A DNA stretch of 64,000 nt. It comes from Candidatus Thorarchaeota archaeon (GTDB lineage Archaea; Asgardarchaeota; Thorarchaeia; Thorarchaeales; Thorarchaeaceae). Positions within the stretch are counted from its first letter, which is position 1; every line of letters begins with the position of its first letter. A program made the position numbers and the translations under genes. The stretch covers positions 16,145-80,144 of the forward strand of contig SDNP01000012.1 in assembly GCA_004524445.1 (NCBI GenBank), written 5' to 3'. Of this stretch, positions 57,416 to 64,000 are shown piece after piece. The notes beneath the pieces were generated by a model. That model made no database searches, was not told the DNA's origin, and worked only from the letters and a program-made list of their open reading frames with translations.

Positions 57416-58630
57416 TCAGAGGTCAATCTGCTCAACATTGCCTTCGTGGTCAATTGATTCAATAATCAATGGAGAGCCCTCTCCGGTCACATCATCTAGT
57501 TTCAGATACTCCTGCATGAGGCCAAGAAACTCAAGTGGATTGATACATGCCTCGGGAGGAAGAACCCCTTTACCAGTGACTTTGCCACGTTTCATGAGAA
57601 GTGCACCGATAGCTGCGGGTATACCGGTTCCCTCCCCCATGGATTGGCCCTCTGAAGCAAGAGAGAAGTCAAATTGGTGCGGGTTGTCTTCTACAGTCCC
57701 CTTCATAGTGATTTTGAGACAACCTCGTTGAGTCCCAAAACCCGTTTCTTCAAGAATTTCATCTCTACGTGATATGATATACGCAATAGTAAACTCTCTG
57801 GGGATTACCTCTTGGCCCTTTACATTAATTGCCTCTTCTTCAACGATGCCTAGTCTGACGATTTTGCGGATTAGATCATAGTACTCATCAGGAATGACAC
57901 AGCCAAGATTTGTTACTCTCTGACAATCGATATAATTGGGAAGCGTAATGGTTTCGGGATGGGGATAGGGATAACAACGATAGGTTCCGACACAGTGGAA
58001 CTCAACATCTTGCTCAAGAGCCTTGCCACTATCCTCGAAATATCTCACTGTGGTAAACTCCCCGTCTAGGTACATTGGAATGTCAGCAAGCATGCTGTGA
58101 ATCCTATGAGCAACAACTGCGGGGCCTTCGTTGGGTTCGCCGCCGTGGGCATGAAGAATATCTATTGAGTCAACCTCATCAAGCATATGGTCAGCACAAA
58201 ACTTCGCAAGAAGGTTGGCAACCCCAGGAGAGCTCCCCATTCCGGTCAATGCAGTGATACCGGCATTTTTGGCATTTTCATCCATTTCCAGCAGTTTTTT
58301 TGTGGCGTCGAAGTCATCGCAAACATCGACATAATCGATTCCGGCTTCAATAACCGCTCTCAGCACCATTGGACCATATTTGTAAAAGGGGCCACAACAA
58401 TTTAGAACCACATCAGCACCTTTTACCGCCTTCTTAGTGCTGTCGGGGTTACCAGCATCGACTACAAGAGCAGAACAAGATTCAGAGTCGATTTCCTCAG
58501 CTCGTTGTCGGGCGCCTTCCTCATTTATGTCCGCAATTATAATCTCATCGAAGTCATCGAATGAAGCGAGCGCTCGAACTGCCACGCTGCCCACTATGCC
58601 GCAACCGCCAATAACCACAATTCTTGACAT
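57416..58630 (-). CDS. Saccharopine dehydrogenase-like NAD(P)-binding oxidoreductase
   Basis: VIGGCGIVG, NCCGPFY, YVDVCDD, GMGSSPG, HPE, GVLPPE; start ATG 58630. Confidence 0.88.
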   Translation of the reverse strand: MSRIVVIGGCGIVGSVAVRALASFDDFDEIIIADINEEGARQRAEEIDSESCSALVVDAGNPDSTKKAVKGADVVLNCCGPFYKYGPMVLRAVIEAGIDYVDVCDDFDATKKLLEMDENAKNAGITALTGMGSSPGVANLLAKFCADHMLDEVDSIDILHAHGGEPNEGPAVVAHRIHSMLADIPMYLDGEFTTVRYFEDSGKALEQDVEFHCVGTYRCYPYPHPETITLPNYIDCQRVTNLGCVIPDEYYDLIRKIVRLGIVEEEAINVKGQEVIPREFTIAYIISRRDEILEETGFGTQRGCLKITMKGTVEDNPHQFDFSLASEGQSMGEGTGIPAAIGALLMKRGKVTGKGVLPPEACINPLEFLGLMQEYLKLDDVTGEGSPLIIESIDHEGNVEQIDL

Positions 58631-58788
58631 GGTTACTGTATGCACCAATTGCTCCATATAGGTATGTCGAATAAAACCCACTTTGCTGACACATCTGAAG
58701 GTTTGAGAGGCAGAGAATCCGCCGTTAAGTCAAACCCTACTTGACGAGAGATAAATGCAGCAGTGTAATGATACAGTCGTCAAGCGCA

Positions 58789-59541
58789 TCATTCAATCCT
58801 GATGTTCTGTCCAACTGACAACCGAAGCTCCTCAACAGCACTTGCGTTTTTCACAGCAATCTCAAGAGTGTCATAGCTGCCAGTGACCAAGAAGAGACCC
58901 TCATCAGGGCCCTCGGAATAGGTCGGATACCAGTTGAGGTCCCATTTCAAGTCAGAGGTTTCAATCCGGTATTCTTTGCTATTTGCATGGGGAATATTTG
59001 TGATGATATTTCCAAATCTATCAATTCGTACTACTATTCCATCGCGCTCCCGCAGAGGAAATTCCAATTTCACACTCAATTCTGGTTTGAATCCCCCAAG
59101 CACCTGACCTGCCTGACCACGTCCCATATACCCTGCAGCTCTAGCAAATACATCACGGCCATGAAAGGTCTTAGATGCATCATTTTCAACTACTAGCGTG
59201 GAAATGCTCTTTATTCCGTCATGTATTACCGCTGGATACATCAAACCGTTATCTGGCCCAATGAATGAATAATTCTCGGTTCTCACATATACCGAGTCCC
59301 TTTCAGTTCCAACACCCGGATCAATCACACAGACGAAGATGGTGTTCCGTGGAAATTCCGTGAAGGCATTCAACAAAACCCAAGCCCCCTCGCGAACTGA
59401 TTGTGGTCGAATCGAGTGCGTTAAATCAACAATTCGAGAAGTTGGACTCAAAGAGATTATGACGCCTTTCATTATACCCACATATTCGGATTCTCCAAAA
59501 TCAGTCAATAAAACAATAAGTGGGGATTTCCTCATAGCCAT
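58789..59541 (-). CDS. SAM hydroxide adenosyltransferase (DUF62, chlorinase/fluorinase family)
   Basis: LLTDFG, VIDPGVGTER, GPDNG, TFHGRDVFA, IDRFGN; Asp-Arg-His triad present. Confidence 0.92.
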   Translation of the reverse strand: MAMRKSPLIVLLTDFGESEYVGIMKGVIISLSPTSRIVDLTHSIRPQSVREGAWVLLNAFTEFPRNTIFVCVIDPGVGTERDSVYVRTENYSFIGPDNGLMYPAVIHDGIKSISTLVVENDASKTFHGRDVFARAAGYMGRGQAGQVLGGFKPELSVKLEFPLRERDGIVVRIDRFGNIITNIPHANSKEYRIETSDLKWDLNWYPTYSEGPDEGLFLVTGSYDTLEIAVKNASAVEELRLSVGQNIRIE

Positions 59542-59557
59542 GGTTCTTACCAGCGTT

Positions 59558-60712
59558 CTATTCGATTTTCACCAATCGGATTTCTTTATAATCTGTTAAG
59601 ACGCGAATGTAGCCTCTCAACATTTCATCCACACTATTATCTCCGGTGTCAACCTTAAGTGTCCCACCCTCGATACCTTTGAGCTTTGAAGGGGTACTCA
59701 TAACAATGATGTCGTCCCGTTCGACTTTCTTGATTATCTTAGGACTGATTTGCTGATTACCTCTTCCAAACAGCATTCCTTGATGTCCTATAGGGGACAC
59801 GATGATTTTTGTCTTGCTGAAGTCATCCACCAGATCTAGAATCTGATCTTCATTGAGATCGTTATGAACCTCTCCGTCTTTATACAGGTCGACCCCCAAA
59901 GTGGTCTTTTTTATTTCAAGCAAGTCTGCCACACTCTTTACCGTAGTTCCCGGACCGAGTATGTAGGTCTCATTTTCATCCATATTTTCAAGGATATATC
60001 GGGCAATTGCCTCTTGGGCTTCCTTCTCATCTACTGTTGCGGGGCTGGCCTGTTTGGCGCCCTGAAAGCGGGCAGGAACAGATGGTCCCTTCATATAGCC
60101 GTAGAGCCTGATCTCGAGTTCATCATTCCTGAAGGCCTCTTCATCGATATCCATTATTTCGAATTCAGTCTCACCAGTTTTTCCCTCCTCCACCAAACGT
60201 ATGACCTCTGCGGCGTCCCGAGGATTCAGAACAAAAATGGCACTATACATCTTGACACCAGCCGGAATACCAATGACCAAGATGTCTTCAAGACCATGGT
60301 CTTTGATAGCATCTAAGATATCTCTGGCAGTACCGTCACCGCCAACGAAGGCTATTATATCAACACCTGCATCTGCTAATGCCAAAACGCATCGTTTGGT
60401 ATCGTCAGCTGTCGTTTCATCGGAGATATCCAAATGGACCGTTTCGAAAGGGAGGTTCTCATTCTCGCACTCTTTGGCACCCATCTCGCCAGGACATACA
60501 GTCAAGGAAACATCATGTTTATCGTCCTCAAACAGAGGAGAGAGGGCATCAAGAAAGTCTTCCGCTCGATCTGGAGATACTGGTTCTGCCCCCAATTCTC
60601 TTGCCCTTTCAACTACACCGTCTGTCCCCTTAAGGCCTACACGCCCGCCCATCCCAGCAATAGGATTAACCAAGAAACCAATGTGCAACAATGTCATTTC
60701 ATCCCTGTGCAA
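59558..60712 (-). CDS. ATP-NAD kinase family protein
   Basis: NPIAGMGGRVGLKGTDG, GGDGTARD, GIPAGVKMYS, FGRGNQQ. Confidence 0.9.
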   Translation of the reverse strand: MHRDEMTLLHIGFLVNPIAGMGGRVGLKGTDGVVERARELGAEPVSPDRAEDFLDALSPLFEDDKHDVSLTVCPGEMGAKECENENLPFETVHLDISDETTADDTKRCVLALADAGVDIIAFVGGDGTARDILDAIKDHGLEDILVIGIPAGVKMYSAIFVLNPRDAAEVIRLVEEGKTGETEFEIMDIDEEAFRNDELEIRLYGYMKGPSVPARFQGAKQASPATVDEKEAQEAIARYILENMDENETYILGPGTTVKSVADLLEIKKTTLGVDLYKDGEVHNDLNEDQILDLVDDFSKTKIIVSPIGHQGMLFGRGNQQISPKIIKKVERDDIIVMSTPSKLKGIEGGTLKVDTGDNSVDEMLRGYIRVLTDYKEIRLVKIE

Positions 60713-60874
60713 GATATGTCTGGATAATCTAGACTATAGGGCTTTTGATAGATTCGTTTCAGAAACTCTACTTCCCGTAGGTATGAGAGCCAAGTACAGA
60801 TTCCCCCTCTGTTCGATTTTTCGAAAAGACGCATGCTAATGTATTTTAAATTATTGTAACGCGAAAGACATCGG

Positions 60875-62239
60875 GTGCATTTCACTTTGGATTTCAAAGG
60901 ACTTGGTACTATCCTCGTATTGGTTCTGGCCATTGGCTGCTCGGGGCCTATTGTCTATCCAGCACACAATGGTACAGCTATAGCATCAGAGAATCCCAGC
61001 AATATTATTCTGATGATCGGAGACGGGATGGGATTCAACTACACAGATCTTGCTCGGCTCGTGGAGTATGGAACGACACGGAATTTGACAATGATGCAAT
61101 TGCCAACCCAGCTATCATCAGAAACGCTTAATGTGGATGGCGAAATTACAGATTCAGCAGCCGCTGGCACTGCCATTGCAACCGGAGAAAAAACAAAAAA
61201 TCGCATGATTTCGATTGCACCAAATGGAACAATACTTCCTACTATTCTTGAGATGGCGCAGAGCATAGGAAAAGCGACAGGAGTAGTGTCTACGAGTTAC
61301 ATTCAACACGCAACTCCTGCTTCATTCATGTCACATGTAGACAACCGAGGTGACTATGCAGAAATCACTCGACAAATTGTTGAAAGCAGCGATGTCGATG
61401 TCTTATTGGGTGGCGGATATTCCTTTTTCTCCGATAGCCAGATTCTATCAATGCAACAAAAGGGATACTCAATTCTTAGAAATCGTACTAGTCTCTTAGA
61501 AGTAAATGCTATTCCAATCTTGGGTCTATTTGCTGATGGACATATGGATAATGAACAGGCACGGGACTTGGAAACAATCCCCTCGCTTGCAGAGATGACT
61601 AACAAATCCATTCAGCTATTATCGCGAGATCAAGATGGATTCTTCTTGATGGTAGAGGGAAGCCAAATCGATTTTGCGGGACATGATAATGACAAGGTAG
61701 ATGGTGCGCTTGAAACCATAGCTTTTGATGCCGCAGTGAAAGTAGCACTGGACTTCGTTACCACCCAAGATAATACCCTCCTAATTGTAACAGCTGATCA
61801 CGAAACAGGGGGCTTGTCTGTTCACGGGAACACTCTTTCAGAGGAATTGCCTTCGGATGTGTCTGGAGCCGGTGAAAAACGAAACCTCCGAATTGAGCGA
61901 GCTAATAATGTCACTGTATCTTGGTCCTCTGATTATCATACTGCATCACCTGTTCCTATATTCGGACTTGGTCCAGAGTTTTCAATATTCCAAAATGACA
62001 CCACCATAGACAACACCAAGCTGTTTTCAGAAATGCGATTATTCTTCGGGACTGAATCCTATGAATATTGCTCTGAAACAACTGAAACTTCTGAAACAGA
62101 AGAGACAACTGATGCGGACACAGGAACCACAACACCACCTCCAGTTCAGTTCCCAACTACTACACTTTGGGCACTGGCAATCCTTATTCCAATTCCTATA
62201 ATTATCATCATATTCTTGCTAAGGAGAAGGTATAGTTAG
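60875..62239 (+). CDS. phoA: Membrane-anchored alkaline phosphatase
   Basis: MIGDGMG, TDSAAAGTA, HATPA, FFLMVEGSQID..GH, VTADHETGG; Thr/Glu linker, C-terminal TM helix and RRR. Confidence 0.93.
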   Translation: MHFTLDFKGLGTILVLVLAIGCSGPIVYPAHNGTAIASENPSNIILMIGDGMGFNYTDLARLVEYGTTRNLTMMQLPTQLSSETLNVDGEITDSAAAGTAIATGEKTKNRMISIAPNGTILPTILEMAQSIGKATGVVSTSYIQHATPASFMSHVDNRGDYAEITRQIVESSDVDVLLGGGYSFFSDSQILSMQQKGYSILRNRTSLLEVNAIPILGLFADGHMDNEQARDLETIPSLAEMTNKSIQLLSRDQDGFFLMVEGSQIDFAGHDNDKVDGALETIAFDAAVKVALDFVTTQDNTLLIVTADHETGGLSVHGNTLSEELPSDVSGAGEKRNLRIERANNVTVSWSSDYHTASPVPIFGLGPEFSIFQNDTTIDNTKLFSEMRLFFGTESYEYCSETTETSETEETTDADTGTTTPPPVQFPTTTLWALAILIPIPIIIIIFLLRRRYS

Positions 62240-62246
62240 TTCTCAA

Positions 62247-63371
62247 TCAGTCGTTGAAGTCTATCATAAATTCAGAAGAGGTTCTCCATGACTTTGAGTC
62301 CTCGTCATATGTTTCAGGCCATATGCCATAGACCTCAGTATTCTCATAGTCAATGAGAGAAACCATAAGATTGGAGCTATTGCGGTGGACGTAGTCTAAC
62401 ACTCGTGACATGTGCGAGGGTGGCAACCTGAGATACCAAAACAGGAAATCATCCTCGATTTTTAGTGTTGACCTGAATGGAATCGGATTGGATAGCATCT
62501 TAGCCTGCAATTCCAAAGAGAATCTCTCTTCTACGTTGGCTGTGAGAATAATGTTGCTATAGAGATCAAATGCCTCTGGGTCAATGAAGACGTGGTATCC
62601 TTGTATGAAGTGCTCCTGCAATATCCTGAGCCGTCGAGAAAACTCCTGTGATGTGAATTCTATGCCCCTTTTGGACAATTTGTCTATTATCTCCTTCTGT
62701 TTTCGTCGAGCTCCATGGACCATGTCGCTCAGAATATGCATGTCTTTCTTGGAGAGTAAGTCCAACATTGGCGTGCTCTGCTTAGGCTTCTTTACCGCAG
62801 GAATTTCGATATCCGATTCAATCCAAGAAGACCAATCAAAATCCCATGTGAAAGAATTGTTATCCCAATGTTCTAATCGTGCGATACTGAAGATGGGTTG
62901 CGTGTGGGAGGCAGGCAGTATCCAAAAACTATCAAGGTATTTCTTTTTGATTTTGGTTTCTAGCAGAGTCGTAAGTTGATTCTGGGTCCCAATCGGAATC
63001 CTGAATTGGGCGAACAGTCCCGGGATACCTCCGTAGGATCGTGCCCGATATTTCGTATAGGGATGTGCATCACAGAGCTGCTCTAGATTCATGATGGATT
63101 CATGATTATCAGTCTTGAGGAATACATCAAGTGTAAAGAGCCCCAAAGCCGCTTCGTCAAACTCTGGCACAACTCTGAAGAATTTCTTTGGAGATTCTTC
63201 TAATTTACCATCTAGCCATTTTAGGTATTTGGCCACTGTGGATCGGGAATAGTTAACTCGCTGAGACAAATCCTGAGTTGTTTCTAATGGACCTTCCTGC
63301 AAAGCCAGCAGCAAACTTAGATGTTTACCGGTCAGTCTGAACGTTTCCAATACACTACCCTCTGAAATCAA
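62247..63371 (-). CDS. Tandem Lrp/AsnC-like winged-helix regulator
   Basis: Two HTH plus RAM-like halves (TTQDLSQRVNYSRSTV; DMHIL...EFSRRLRIL). Confidence 0.7.
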   Translation of the reverse strand: MISEGSVLETFRLTGKHLSLLLALQEGPLETTQDLSQRVNYSRSTVAKYLKWLDGKLEESPKKFFRVVPEFDEAALGLFTLDVFLKTDNHESIMNLEQLCDAHPYTKYRARSYGGIPGLFAQFRIPIGTQNQLTTLLETKIKKKYLDSFWILPASHTQPIFSIARLEHWDNNSFTWDFDWSSWIESDIEIPAVKKPKQSTPMLDLLSKKDMHILSDMVHGARRKQKEIIDKLSKRGIEFTSQEFSRRLRILQEHFIQGYHVFIDPEAFDLYSNIILTANVEERFSLELQAKMLSNPIPFRSTLKIEDDFLFWYLRLPPSHMSRVLDYVHRNSSNLMVSLIDYENTEVYGIWPETYDEDSKSWRTSSEFMIDFND

Positions 63372-63394
63372 GATTCTTACTGAAGTGTGTCCGG

Positions 63395-63865
63395 TTATAG
63401 CACTGTGACCTTGATATGGGGGTCACCTGTTCCAGAACCCGTAGGCGGGTCAAAGTCATAGCTGTCTGTTGTATAGCCATAGACAGATCCGCCAAAGGCT
63501 AATGCATCAATCAAGACGTTATACCAACCAGATTCCCAAGCTGAATCGAACCAAGTCAGGCGAATTCTGATTGTGTCAAATTTACCCACAAGTGTTACCA
63601 TCGCCAATAACTGAGCTCCAGATGGCAGAGTGAGAGTGAAATAGAAGTCTGTCTTTGAGGGGCTCTTATAGCCTTCAGTGACTTCACAGAGATACTCGAT
63701 TATTACGTCGTCTTCTTGCCCATCGCCATCAACGTCAGCATAATATGCATTCTCTATGGTTACTTGGAATCTGGAACTGACAGCAGAAACTCCTTGAACC
63801 ATCGATAAGAAAATCAGTGGTAGCAATGCAAGTGCTAAGAGCCTTGCTTTGTTTCCATATTTCAT
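63395..63865 (-). CDS. Secreted hypothetical protein
   Basis: Signal peptide from ATG 63865 (MKYGNKARLLALALL), YADVDGDGQEDD, beta-rich, FDPP motif. Confidence 0.7.
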   Translation of the reverse strand: MKYGNKARLLALALLPLIFLSMVQGVSAVSSRFQVTIENAYYADVDGDGQEDDVIIEYLCEVTEGYKSPSKTDFYFTLTLPSGAQLLAMVTLVGKFDTIRIRLTWFDSAWESGWYNVLIDALAFGGSVYGYTTDSYDFDPPTGSGTGDPHIKVTVL

Positions 63866-63904
63866 AGTTCGGGAAAATGTAAAGCATCTTATATATGTCT
63901 TCGG

Positions 63905-63941
63905 AAAATAAAAAAAGAGGGGATGAGGGAGACCCCTCATC
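63905..63941 (-). terminator. Hairpin plus poly-T terminator
   Basis: GATGAGGG-AGAC-CCCTCATC (63922-63941) followed on the minus strand by TTTTTTTATTTT. Confidence 0.65.
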
Positions 63942-64000
63942 AAATTGTAAAGGTTTCAGATGTTTCGACGTTAGCAGTTTCATCATATGTGTAACTGCTA
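63940..64000 (-). CDS. 3' end of a gene entering from the right edge
   Basis: Frame ...SYTYDETANVETSETFTI* ends at TGA 63942-63940, directly at the terminator hairpin. Confidence 0.4.
   Translation of the reverse strand, partial: SSYTYDETANVETSETFTI

Noticed and set aside
58789-59541. Halogenase (fluorinase/chlorinase)
   Set aside because: It retains the Asp-Arg-His triad typical of SAM hydroxide adenosyltransferases

Overview
Gene-dense archaeal chromosomal segment, most likely an Asgard archaeon of the Thorarchaeota type. This is inferred from gene content (7TM-longin fusion, ubiquitin-like domain, form IV RuBisCO-like protein, Fhs/FolD/FTCD, AOR) and from GGAGG/GGTGA ribosome-binding sites. 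No rRNA, tRNA, CRISPR array or transposase was recognised. The standout locus (1962-18418) is a tightly coupled operon: an ABC-2 permease; an ABC ATPase fused to two TrmB-like sugar-binding subdomains; a membrane-anchored subtilisin-like protein with a broken catalytic-Ser motif and a GIFT (GldG/IFT52/site-1-protease-type) domain; a second ABC ATPase; and a 2251-aa surface protein (FG-GAP-like propeller, ~70-80 Ca-binding DxDGDG repeats, TM helix, cytoplasmic Ig/appendage-like domain). A TPR gene follows it. Also present: a DNA ligase-PolX pair, an ArsR-type membrane operon with palindromic operator candidates, a candidate structured sRNA with a CCUCCC loop, an orphan BrxD-like ATPase, a membrane-anchored ubiquitin-like protein, lipid/alcohol catabolism genes, and a THF C1 operon divergent from a RuBisCO-like gene. 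Two genes appear to start at CTG and were missed or truncated by the ORF track. All family assignments come from motif recognition by eye, not from database searches.
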